The notes: generated by a model not told the origin, from the sequence alone. Shown: positions 30,802 to 39,730, counted from the stretch's first letter. The stretch: 62,399 nucleotides of DNA from an uncultured Thermoproteaceae archaeon (GCA_964575955.1 CAZNTG010000011.1:1-62399); one strand, 5' to 3'. Numbers and translations: made by a program.

Positions 30802-30906
30802 CTACACACCTAGCATTATTAGTATTTTATGTATAAATCTACATAATAGTAGTAGTATTATTGCAATTATTATATACATAATGGTTGTTGTTATATACCT
30901 GATCAT
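30802..30906 (-). CDS. 34-aa hydrophobic microprotein (not in ORF track)
   Basis: MIRYITTTIMYIIIAIILLLLCRFIHKILIMLGV*; ATGA overlap with upstream ORF. Confidence 0.45.
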   Translation of the reverse strand: MIRYITTTIMYIIIAIILLLLCRFIHKILIMLGV

Positions 30907-31001
30907 AGTACTCCTAGAACTTTCAATATTGCTAGTCCTATGCTTATTGCTAGACTAGACATTAATATTATATTTAGAATCTCTTCAACTATCTCCTTCA
31001 T
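30903..31001 (-). CDS. 32-aa hydrophobic microprotein (not in ORF track)
   Basis: MKEIVEEILNIILMSSLAISIGLAILKVLGVL*; TATAAATA box about 21 nt upstream of the ATG. Confidence 0.45.
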   Translation of the reverse strand: MKEIVEEILNIILMSSLAISIGLAILKVLGVL

Positions 31002-31048
31002 GTTCTATATATGTCTACAAGATATTTATACCACGTATAGCATACTTG

Positions 31049-33031
31049 TTATGTAGTGAGTTTTGCGAAACTATTTCTAATCTTTCTTAAGAGTCTATCT
31101 AAGTCTCTTGCTAATATTCTCTTACACTCTATCTCTTCAATATCATACTTTGGATGTCTATTTTCACTTAAAGCTTCCTCAATAGTCTTTCTAGTAACAA
31201 TCTCGTATACTCTTGCCTCAATCTTGCCAGGTAAAGCTCTCACAACTCTACCAACTCTCTGAATCATCTGTCTTGAACTTCCTGTTCCTGAAACTATTAT
31301 AGCAACATCAGCATCTGGAACATCAATACCTTCATCTAGTACTGTTGTTGTTACTATTATCTTTATATTACCTCTAGCAAAGCTTTTGAATATGGTTTCT
31401 CTATCGCGAGTGTTTCCTGTTATTAATGCAACTTCTCTAATCTTCTCTCTAATTCTCCTATAGATCTCTTCTGCCTGATTTATATATTGTGTAAATATTA
31501 ATATCTTACTACCGAGCTCATATTCAACATCTACTATCTTCAACACTACATCAATTTTCTTACGTGCTTTCAATGCTATAGATTTTAATTGATTAATATT
31601 CTTAGCTGAATCGTATTGTTCTTTTTCATCTTCTTCAAGATCAACATATATTCTATAATGTCTTATAGGTACTACAAGTCCATACCTTATCAATTCTCTA
31701 TAAGTTACTCTATATATTGGTTCTCCACATGCAAGATATATTAAATGTTCATTACCATCACTACGTTCAACAGTTGCTGAAAGTGCCATCCTGTATGGTG
31801 CTGAAATTTGAAACATAACTTCTTTAAATGTTTCTGCAGGTACATGATGACATTCGTCAGCTATTACAAGATCGAAATAATCTCTCAATTCCTCAATCCT
31901 CTTGACTGCTGTATGGTATGTACATACTGTTATATCTCTAAGTTCATCATACTTACCACTCATCCTACCTGGAATATATCCAAGATGTTTAACGATTCTA
32001 CTATACCACTGTTCTAATAATTCTTCAGTAATTACTAATATTAAAGTTCTTACAGATAGTTTATATATTGCTTTTAATGCTATAAATGTCTTACCACCAC
32101 CTGTAGGTATTACAATAGTTCCTCTATACCTATTATTAATCCACCTGTTTAATGCTTCTTCTTGAAATGGATATAGAGTTACTCTATCTTGAAGATTTCT
32201 AACTCTTCTTGGAGTATGTTCAACAAATTCTACTCTATATCCAAGATCTCTCAATATCTCAGCAACTTTCTCTTTGAAAAATTGTGGAAAATATATTCTC
32301 CAAGTTCCATTAGGAAGTTTCAATACATTTTCTCTCCTAATTGCAGGTATTAGTAATTCTTGAATGTTACCTTCCTGATCTACCTTATTATATTTGATCT
32401 TTAGTTGAGACATTAATTCTCTCAATAGTCCTTTCTTTATGAAGTTTAATTCAACATAATTTTCGTGAACTTTAGCTGTCCACCATGATAATCTCTTTTC
32501 AAATATCTCTCTACTCTTCTTACTTTCTAACATGAATTCTCTAGCTCTTTCTATAGATAACTCTAGATTTCCTATTGTTGGATATTGTGTTATCTTCTCT
32601 TTAAATTCTTGTAATGCAATATCTACATATTCTTCATATGAGCTTACTCTACTTAGATATTTCGTATCTTTTCTTATGAAATTTCTAACATAGCATGGTA
32701 TTGATATTATATGAACATTGTCCACACTATCTATTATACATTCTCTAATTTCATCAGGTATGTTAACTTCACTATCTACCTCTACACCAACTGCCCCACC
32801 TTCACTTGTTGTGAATATTGATTCAAGTATTGTCTTAATCTCGCTAGGCTTTAGCTCTAGTATATCTTTCAATTTTATTAATGTTGATGTTGATAGTACT
32901 CTACCTTTCCAATACTCTCCTGTCCATCTAAATCCAAGCTTTTTCAATTCTTCCTTAGCTGCAAATACTCTATCACGTGGCCAATCTCTAACTATCCTGA
33001 TACTATCATTAATAACTACTTTGAACAGCAC
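31049..33031 (-). CDS. XPB/Rad25-like SF2 helicase with long N-terminal extension
   Basis: LYPFQ, PTGGGKT, DECHH, LSAT, LDEGIDVP, QRVGRVVR. Confidence 0.85.
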   Translation of the reverse strand: MLFKVVINDSIRIVRDWPRDRVFAAKEELKKLGFRWTGEYWKGRVLSTSTLIKLKDILELKPSEIKTILESIFTTSEGGAVGVEVDSEVNIPDEIRECIIDSVDNVHIISIPCYVRNFIRKDTKYLSRVSSYEEYVDIALQEFKEKITQYPTIGNLELSIERAREFMLESKKSREIFEKRLSWWTAKVHENYVELNFIKKGLLRELMSQLKIKYNKVDQEGNIQELLIPAIRRENVLKLPNGTWRIYFPQFFKEKVAEILRDLGYRVEFVEHTPRRVRNLQDRVTLYPFQEEALNRWINNRYRGTIVIPTGGGKTFIALKAIYKLSVRTLILVITEELLEQWYSRIVKHLGYIPGRMSGKYDELRDITVCTYHTAVKRIEELRDYFDLVIADECHHVPAETFKEVMFQISAPYRMALSATVERSDGNEHLIYLACGEPIYRVTYRELIRYGLVVPIRHYRIYVDLEEDEKEQYDSAKNINQLKSIALKARKKIDVVLKIVDVEYELGSKILIFTQYINQAEEIYRRIREKIREVALITGNTRDRETIFKSFARGNIKIIVTTTVLDEGIDVPDADVAIIVSGTGSSRQMIQRVGRVVRALPGKIEARVYEIVTRKTIEEALSENRHPKYDIEEIECKRILARDLDRLLRKIRNSFAKLTT

Positions 33032-33070
33032 CTCAGAATATTAATAGACTAGCTAGCTTATAACATACTG

Positions 33071-34096
33071 ATGTCCTCTACACCCTATATAGACTACCCA
33101 AGATGGTCAGAGCTTGCACAAAATTCACTAAGTATAAGCATTGAAATACCTGAGGTGGTTAAGGTTGGTAATGTTGAGATTAGGTATAGGAGAGATTTTA
33201 AAGGTATTATAATATCTGGAATGGGAGGTTCAGGAATTGTTGGAGATATTATTAGAGACTCTATACAAGACATTGTAAAAATTCCAATTATAGTTAATAA
33301 AGATTTAAAACTTCCAAAATATATAGATGAAGAATATCTAGTTATTGCAATAAGCTATTCTGGAAATACTATAGAAACTATAAAATGTTATGAAGAATGT
33401 ATAAAGAATGGAATTCCCGTAATTACAGTATCTACTGGAGGTAGATTAAAAGATCTTGCAAATATGAACAACACTCCACATATAACTATTCCAAAAGCTA
33501 CAGCTCCAAGATATGGATTACCATGTCTACTCTATGCAACACTTAGAGCTATTGGAAAAGTATTCAATATTGAAGATAAGATATTAAATATGTGTGAAGA
33601 AAGTATAACATATATAAAGAAGGCTTTTGAAGAATATTCTAGAAAATTTAAACACCTAGTAGACATATTAGCTAATAAGTTCATAATGATATACGTGCCA
33701 AGTCCTCTATCATCTCTAGGATTTAGATTTAAAAATGATATGAATGAAAATGCAAAACAGCCTGTTGCTGTATGTATACTACCTGAATCTGAGCATAATG
33801 ATCTTGCAATACACATTAGAGATATACCTAATCTTGAAATATTGATAGTTAAATCTAAAACTTTGGAAAATACAGAATATGATACTCATATTAAAGCTAT
33901 GATGAAGGTATTAGAGGAGTTAAATAGAAAATACATATTGATAGAGCTTGAAGGTAATACAATACTTTCAGAAATAATGTATGGTATAACTAGTCTTGGA
34001 ATGTTGAGTGTAGATATAGCATATAGACTTGGTATTGATCCTGTTAAGATTGAGGCAATTGATAGAGTTAAGAAATATGTTACAGAAAGATCTTAG
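33071..34096 (+). CDS. Bifunctional phosphoglucose/phosphomannose isomerase (SIS)
   Basis: GMGGSG, SYSGNT.ET, PRY, NENAK, PESEHN, DPV. Confidence 0.9.
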   Translation: MSSTPYIDYPRWSELAQNSLSISIEIPEVVKVGNVEIRYRRDFKGIIISGMGGSGIVGDIIRDSIQDIVKIPIIVNKDLKLPKYIDEEYLVIAISYSGNTIETIKCYEECIKNGIPVITVSTGGRLKDLANMNNTPHITIPKATAPRYGLPCLLYATLRAIGKVFNIEDKILNMCEESITYIKKAFEEYSRKFKHLVDILANKFIMIYVPSPLSSLGFRFKNDMNENAKQPVAVCILPESEHNDLAIHIRDIPNLEILIVKSKTLENTEYDTHIKAMMKVLEELNRKYILIELEGNTILSEIMYGITSLGMLSVDIAYRLGIDPVKIEAIDRVKKYVTERS

Positions 34097-34904
34097 AGTA
34101 TGATAGTGTTCTCCTAAGTTTATATATTGGTATAGTATTTCTGAAATTTTCCAAAGTAGATTTATCCAACCTATGCTCAACATACTTCTCACCTATACCA
34201 AGATCTATCTCTACAACTCCCCAAGGATTTACAACAATACTCCTACCTGTGAATAGTTTTGAATATTGATTACATACAACTATGAAAATACCATTCTCAT
34301 GTGCTCTAGCTTGAGCTAGAAATCTCAAAGTATCTTCTTTTAAATCACCTCTAAACCATGCAGCTGGTATAAATACAACATCAGCACCATTCAACATGTA
34401 TACTCTAAAAAGTTCTGGAAATCTTATATCAAAACATATAGCACATGCAACATGCATATCACATATCTTAACTACAGGACTTGGAATAGAACCTCTACTA
34501 AATATTTTAGATTCTGAAAATCCATAAGCATCAAATAGATGAATCTTACGATACTTAAGTAATATATCTCCATTATTATCTATCAAAATTGCAGAATTAT
34601 ATATAGAATTTCCACATCTTTCAATAATTGTAGCTAGCACATGTATAGAATATTCACGACATATACTTCTCAACATATTTACAAAATCTCCATAAACATC
34701 TTCAGAAACATTATAAATAAGCTCGGGACTTTTAAACATATCTTCGCGAAAATACATAAAATACTCAGGCAGTATAACGATATCTGCCTTATTTAAAAAC
34801 CTTGATAAATACTTCTGGAGTTTATGAATATTTTCATATTTATTATCACAAGTCTCTATCTGAAGAATACCAACATGCATAGTTGAGAAATTGTAGATCA
34901 ACAT
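34080..34904 (-). CDS. Carbon-nitrogen hydrolase (Nit family)
   Basis: LPEY, YRKIHLFD, ICFDIRFPE triad motifs. Confidence 0.9.
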   Translation of the reverse strand: MLIYNFSTMHVGILQIETCDNKYENIHKLQKYLSRFLNKADIVILPEYFMYFREDMFKSPELIYNVSEDVYGDFVNMLRSICREYSIHVLATIIERCGNSIYNSAILIDNNGDILLKYRKIHLFDAYGFSESKIFSRGSIPSPVVKICDMHVACAICFDIRFPELFRVYMLNGADVVFIPAAWFRGDLKEDTLRFLAQARAHENGIFIVVCNQYSKLFTGRSIVVNPWGVVEIDLGIGEKYVEHRLDKSTLENFRNTIPIYKLRRTLSYSKIFL

Positions 34905-34930
34905 TTAAAAATATGAAACTTCTAGGCTAT

Positions 34931-34987
34931 ATGAATGATGAGAGGTAGAAGGACGGAAAAATGAAGAAGGATTTGAACGCTGAGTAC
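34931..34987 (+). ncRNA. Box C/D guide sRNA, predicted tRNA Cm56 guide
   Basis: C ATGATGA 34935-41, D' CGGA 34954-57, C' ATGAAGA 34961-67, D guide AGGATTTGAACG (antisense to GUUCAAAUCC), D CTGA 34980-83. Confidence 0.85.
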
Positions 34988-35044
34988 TTCATAAGATATG
35001 TAAGTTGTGTAGAAATGAATTAATATAGATGTGCCTCTATACTG

Positions 35045-35890
35045 ATGCTGTACATGAACTCTACATCTATCTCATTCAAAGATTTTATAAGATATTTCAA
35101 AAACTCTAAATCATATAAATCACTATATAATGGTTATGAGGTTTTAAGAGAGATGTTTACTGAGAATTGTTATAGATTTATATCATTTACAGAGCATCTA
35201 GTTATTGAAGACCTACCATACTACACGTTATTAAAACTTGTTGATCATAATCTAGTTAATGCATTTATGACCTACTCTAGAGTTTTAGATATTGAACTTT
35301 GTAGAATATTTGATATAGATTTTGAAGATTATGATAAACTTTACGATACTTTAAGAGAAGTTATGTTAAGTTTTGTTAAAGATATTTCTAATACGTGTCT
35401 CAGATCTCCTTCAGATCTCTTAAAATGTTTCTTCAAGTTCTTAGGTAGACTTATCAATAAGAAATCATTGTTCATTAATGCTTCTTCAAAAGATGTTGAA
35501 ATATTTATTCCTGATGTTGTACATACGTTATTTGCTAAAGTTTTATTAGATATTGATGAGAGTTTTAATAATGCTCTAGATATTTTGAATGATGAGAGAA
35601 AGATTTGTGATATAATGTTTGAATATGATAAGATTGGTGCAGTATTTCTATATGGTAGTCTTCCAAAACATCATGTTCAGTGGTGGTCTGCTGTTAGAGA
35701 TGGTCTTGACTATGCTATTCAGATAACTCCAATATTTGAGTATGATGGTAGTTTAAGTGGTGCTAGAATTGAAGAGTCTATTACATGGAATCAGTTGAGA
35801 CCTAATGGTAGAGGTGTGTCTATTGTTGGTGATCCTGTAATTATATTTCCGATATTGGTAAATGCTGTGTTAGAAGATTTGAATATTTAA
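35045..35890 (+). CDS. Deoxyhypusine synthase-like protein, catalytic Lys absent
   Basis: KHHVQWW..RDGLDYAIQIT..EYDGSLSGAR...GD..IIFPIL; SWGK replaced by TWNQ. Confidence 0.8.
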   Translation: MLYMNSTSISFKDFIRYFKNSKSYKSLYNGYEVLREMFTENCYRFISFTEHLVIEDLPYYTLLKLVDHNLVNAFMTYSRVLDIELCRIFDIDFEDYDKLYDTLREVMLSFVKDISNTCLRSPSDLLKCFFKFLGRLINKKSLFINASSKDVEIFIPDVVHTLFAKVLLDIDESFNNALDILNDERKICDIMFEYDKIGAVFLYGSLPKHHVQWWSAVRDGLDYAIQITPIFEYDGSLSGARIEESITWNQLRPNGRGVSIVGDPVIIFPILVNAVLEDLNI

Positions 35891-35904
35891 TTAAACATTC
35901 TTAC

Positions 35905-36072
35905 TTACCTATAGCTTGCTAAGTCTATTTGAAGTCCACATTTTGGACATTGAACTACCGTGGGTGCGCATCCATATATTGAGGCTAGCATGCATGTTAA
36001 GCATCCTGATTCTGGAAGTACTACTCTAAATTTTGTTCCACATCTTGGACAGGTTACTGTTACTACTGACAT
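35905..36072 (-). CDS. 55-aa Cys-rich zinc-ribbon protein (not in ORF track)
   Basis: MSVVTVTCPRCGTKFRVVLPESGCLTCMLASIYGCAPTVVQCPKCGLQIDLASYR*; fills the intergenic gap. Confidence 0.75.
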   Translation of the reverse strand: MSVVTVTCPRCGTKFRVVLPESGCLTCMLASIYGCAPTVVQCPKCGLQIDLASYR

Positions 36073-36158
36073 ACGTATAGTAGTTCTATTATGTTTAAGA
36101 TCTTTTTCAAAACTCTTTTAGGTAAGTCTTAATTATATAGTTTAGATATATCTAAATC

Positions 36159-37031
36159 TTAATATTTCTGTGTTCTTATTGCTATTATCATAGATATTAG
36201 TATTAGTATTGCTCCAAGAATTTGTAGAGGTTTCATAATTTCACCAAGCATTAACCATGCAAATATTGCTGCAAATGCTGGCTCTAATAAGTATATCAAT
36301 GCTGCAACTTCAGGATATACAAAACGTTGTCCATATACCTGTAGTGAAAATGCACCTACTGTACATACAGTTCCAAGATATGTTAATCCTAGTATTGTAT
36401 CTACTGTTAAGTTTATTGTATATCTATTGAATAGTGTTGAAATTATAAATAATGATGCTGGTATCATTTCAAAAAATGTAAAACATAGTGGATCAACATC
36501 ACTAAACTTAGATACTAGTATGACCTGTGCTGCCCATGCTACAGCTCCTAGAAGTACTAGAAAATCTCCAAGATTGAAACCTCCCGTTGGTAATGTTAGT
36601 AGGTATAGTCCAAGTATGGCTAGAAGTAGTTCAATTCCTAGAAATATGCTATATCTCCTCTCTATCAATGCGACATATATATGTACAAACACTACGTTAA
36701 GCTCGGTTATAAATGCTGAATTTGAAGCTGTTGTAAGACCTGTACCCCAACCTTGAAGCCATAGTCCTAGAGCATATGCTATACCTGTAACTAGACCACC
36801 AAATATTTCTCTTCTAAATTTTTCAACACTCTTCTTAAAAACTCTATAAACTACATATGGTAGAAGACAGGTTATTGCTATCATACTCCTAATCCAAGTA
36901 TATGAAAAACTTCCAATATTACATACAACTATCTTAATTATTGGAAATGTAGAACCCCAAAATAGTGTTGCAAGAAGAAGCGATATGTATCCTCTAATAA
37001 CTCTACTCTTACTAATCTCAACATTACTCAT
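36159..37031 (-). CDS. DMT/EamA family transporter
   Basis: FWGSTF, TASNSAFI, GDFLVL, LLEPAFA; about 10 TM. Confidence 0.88.
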   Translation of the reverse strand: MSNVEISKSRVIRGYISLLLATLFWGSTFPIIKIVVCNIGSFSYTWIRSMIAITCLLPYVVYRVFKKSVEKFRREIFGGLVTGIAYALGLWLQGWGTGLTTASNSAFITELNVVFVHIYVALIERRYSIFLGIELLLAILGLYLLTLPTGGFNLGDFLVLLGAVAWAAQVILVSKFSDVDPLCFTFFEMIPASLFIISTLFNRYTINLTVDTILGLTYLGTVCTVGAFSLQVYGQRFVYPEVAALIYLLEPAFAAIFAWLMLGEIMKPLQILGAILILISMIIAIRTQKY

Positions 37032-37086
37032 TTGAGAGATAGTATTAGAAGACTAGACTAAACTTAAAGATGATCATGCTGTATGT

Positions 37087-37142
37087 AGATTCAGCTGGTC
37101 TAGTACTCATCACTACTCTGACCGTGACCTCTCATCACCTCT
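37087..37142 (-). ncRNA. Box C/D guide sRNA overlapping the ubiX 3' end
   Basis: Minus strand: C GTGATGA (37138-32), guide GAGGTCACGGT, D' CAGA, C' GTGATGA (37113-07), guide GTACTAGACCAG, D CTGA (37094-91). Confidence 0.85.
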
Positions 37143-37691
37143 CCACCTTCTATAAAGATTATGTTTTATACCTAACATATCTAGAACTTTACCAACTACG
37201 TAGTTTGTCAAGTCTTCTACATCTCTAGGTTTTGTATAGTATGTTAATGTTGGTATTACTATATGTACACCTCTTCTCCTCGCTTTTAACATGTTTAAGA
37301 TATGTTGAGAGTCTAGTGGTGTTTCTCTAGGAACTACTATGACTTTTCTACCTTCTTTGAGTGCTACATCAACAACTCTAGTAGTTAGTGTTGAAGCTCT
37401 TGCATGTGCTATATCTGATAGAGTTTTCATAGTACAGGGAGCTACTATTACAGCTTTAAAATATGTTGAACCACTGGCAATGTCTGCATCAAGCTCATCA
37501 TCACTATAATACCTATCGACATATTTAAAAGCTGTACATCTATACTTATCATCAACCTCATACCTAAGTACTCTCCAACCCCATCTAGTTACTATTAGTG
37601 CAATTTCATCATTTGTCAACCTTTTCAATTCTTCAACAATTCTAAGACCTATAATACTACCTGAAGCACCAGTTATCGATATTATAAACAT
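37113..37691 (-). CDS. ubiX: Flavin prenyltransferase
   Basis: ITGASGS, IASGS, APCTMKTL, LKEGR, PRETP; ATG 37691 preferred. Confidence 0.92.
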   Translation of the reverse strand: MFIISITGASGSIIGLRIVEELKRLTNDEIALIVTRWGWRVLRYEVDDKYRCTAFKYVDRYYSDDELDADIASGSTYFKAVIVAPCTMKTLSDIAHARASTLTTRVVDVALKEGRKVIVVPRETPLDSQHILNMLKARRRGVHIVIPTLTYYTKPRDVEDLTNYVVGKVLDMLGIKHNLYRRWRGDERSRSE

Positions 37692-37742
37692 CGCAATCTG
37701 TGATCGGAAAAATATTTTAAACACTATACTAATACTCTTATC

Positions 37743-37804
37743 AAGCCCCTCAGAGAGTACAGAAATGTACTCGATGAAGAGGGGACGTACCCAGTGGCCT
37801 CAAC
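37743..37804 (+). ncRNA. K-turn hairpin ncRNA, candidate atypical H/ACA-like guide
   Basis: CCCCT-CAGA-GAGTACA-GAAA-TGTACTC-G-ATGAAG-AGGGG: GNRA-capped stem, D/C-like kink-turn and second stem; GC-rich in an AT-rich gap; TTTTAAAC upstream. Confidence 0.6.
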
Positions 37805-37857
37805 TTAAGAAATTTAGAAGATAGGTATAATTGAGATAGTTGGAACGTTTTTTACGA

Positions 37858-38292
37858 TCATGAAGAACTTGAAGATCCTCCTCCCGATCCTCCACCTGTT
37901 GCTGGTTTTGGTGCTGGCTTTGCAGCTGGTTTTGGTGGTGGTGCTGGTATTCTAAATATTCCAACAAACTCACTCTTCTGTGGTCCTGGTACTAGTGGTG
38001 GTGCTTTTGACATCTTTATAGATCCTGTTGGGCATGATGTTGCACATTGTCCACACATTATGCATCTAGTGTAGTCAAATACTATTATCCTCTCCTTTCT
38101 GTCTTGCTTAATTACATGTCCTGGACATGCTCTCTCACATGTTCCACACAGCTTACATGTCTCTACATCAACTACTGGTAATGCTCTGAAATATTCGGGT
38201 GGTTTTAAAGCTCTCTCAACTATTTCAGGTATTGGTTCTGTATATGGTTTCTTAACAATCCAAGAAATTAGACCTATAGTCTTTCTCGTCAT
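37858..38292 (-). CDS. Hydrogenase 2x[4Fe-4S] subunit (NuoI/EchF/HycF-like)
   Basis: CKLCGTCERACP and CIMCGQCATSCP; Pro/Gly/Ser-rich tail. Confidence 0.88.
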   Translation of the reverse strand: MTRKTIGLISWIVKKPYTEPIPEIVERALKPPEYFRALPVVDVETCKLCGTCERACPGHVIKQDRKERIIVFDYTRCIMCGQCATSCPTGSIKMSKAPPLVPGPQKSEFVGIFRIPAPPPKPAAKPAPKPATGGGSGGGSSSSS

Positions 38293-38301
38293 ATTCTCAC
38301 C

Positions 38302-39267
38302 TTAGACTATTCCTGCTATCTTTAACATGCAGATGACTATTAAGTTTACTACGCTTAGTATTGTAGTAATTATCCAATATATCTTAGGTGCCTTATATGG
38401 TTGTAATCTTGCTGTTAATGCGTCTACAAACGATACAACTATAGAGAATATGAATGCTATAAATATGACCCATAGAACCCATATAGCGGCCATGTATGAG
38501 TTTGTTGCCATTGTGCTTATTGTAAATCCTGGTAAGTTTGTGAATACTATAGCAAATAGTAGTGCAAGTGCGTAAAACTCCATCTTGTGAGCAAATTCTA
38601 ACAATGCAAGTCTCTTACCACTATACTCTAACAGTACTCCCTCCATAAGTTCAGTCTCTGCTGTAGCTATTGAGAATGGGTTTAGTATAGCTTTGATAGG
38701 TACACACATGACATATGCAGCTGCTGATAGTGGTAGATACATTATTATAGGTCCATGAAGTGCTTGCCATGTAATTATCTTGAATATGTTTGTAGTTCCT
38801 GTAAGTATGAATATTGTTATTAGAACAATTACGAATGGTAACTCATACATCAATACCGCAAGTAATGCTCTTCTAGCACCAACGATGGAGTATGGGTTGT
38901 TAGATGCGTAGCCTGCCAAGATTAGTAGAACTGAGACCATTAGGAGAGAATATGCTATAAGTATGAGATCACTTAGAGAGTAGAATATTGGGAAGATGAG
39001 TACTGGGAGAGATATTGCAACAGCAAAGCATAGAGCTGGCATTAGTGTAAACCATCCTCTACTAGCTGTTGCTGGTATCAAATCTTCCTTATATAGTAAC
39101 TTTACTAGATCAGCATACTCCTGCCACCATGGTGGTCCAACTCTACCATGAACTTTAGCTCTAATCTTCCTTCTCAACCATCCAATATATGGACACATCA
39201 GTCCTGCAAATAATACTGCTAGAACTGCAGCACCAATCTTGGCTAATGCTAGTAGTGGGCTAGTCAT
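38302..39267 (-). CDS. Hydrogenase membrane subunit (NuoH/EchB/HycD-like)
   Basis: RKIRAKVHGRVGPP, DLVKLLYKE, PFSIATAETELMEG..LEYSG; GAGGTGA SD before ATG 39267. Confidence 0.9.
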   Translation of the reverse strand: MTSPLLALAKIGAAVLAVLFAGLMCPYIGWLRRKIRAKVHGRVGPPWWQEYADLVKLLYKEDLIPATASRGWFTLMPALCFAVAISLPVLIFPIFYSLSDLILIAYSLLMVSVLLILAGYASNNPYSIVGARRALLAVLMYELPFVIVLITIFILTGTTNIFKIITWQALHGPIIMYLPLSAAAYVMCVPIKAILNPFSIATAETELMEGVLLEYSGKRLALLEFAHKMEFYALALLFAIVFTNLPGFTISTMATNSYMAAIWVLWVIFIAFIFSIVVSFVDALTARLQPYKAPKIYWIITTILSVVNLIVICMLKIAGIV

Positions 39268-39271
39268 ATCT

Positions 39272-39730
39272 TCACCTCTTACCCTTCTTTTCAAGTTCTG
39301 CCATTTTTGCAGCTTTAGCCTCTAACAACTTTGCAGCTTCTGCAAGTCCTGCAGCTATTAAGTATGGTCTTGGTGGACATCCAGGTATGTACACGTCTAC
39401 AGGTATTACCTCATCAACACCAACAATAGCATATGAGTCATACCACACACCTTTACCACATGCACATGTACCAACAGCGACAACAATCTTAGGCTCAGGC
39501 ATCTGCTCATATATCTTCTTTAGAATTGGAGCAACATACCTATTACATGGACCAGCAACTAGGAGTATGTCTGCATGTCTTGGAGAACCTACAAGCTTAA
39601 CTCCAAGTCTCTCAGGATCGTATCTTGGACATATTGCTGCTAAAATCTCTATCTCACATGCATTACATGAGGTAGCATTGAAATGGTATAGCCATAAACT
39701 TCTTCGAAATGAACGTTCTCTAAGTCCCAT
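39272..39730 (-). CDS. Group-4 [NiFe]-hydrogenase small subunit (NuoB/EchC-like)
   Basis: SCNACEIE, SPRHAD, GTCA, PGCPPRP. Confidence 0.92.
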   Translation of the reverse strand: MGLRERSFRRSLWLYHFNATSCNACEIEILAAICPRYDPERLGVKLVGSPRHADILLVAGPCNRYVAPILKKIYEQMPEPKIVVAVGTCACGKGVWYDSYAIVGVDEVIPVDVYIPGCPPRPYLIAAGLAEAAKLLEAKAAKMAELEKKGKR

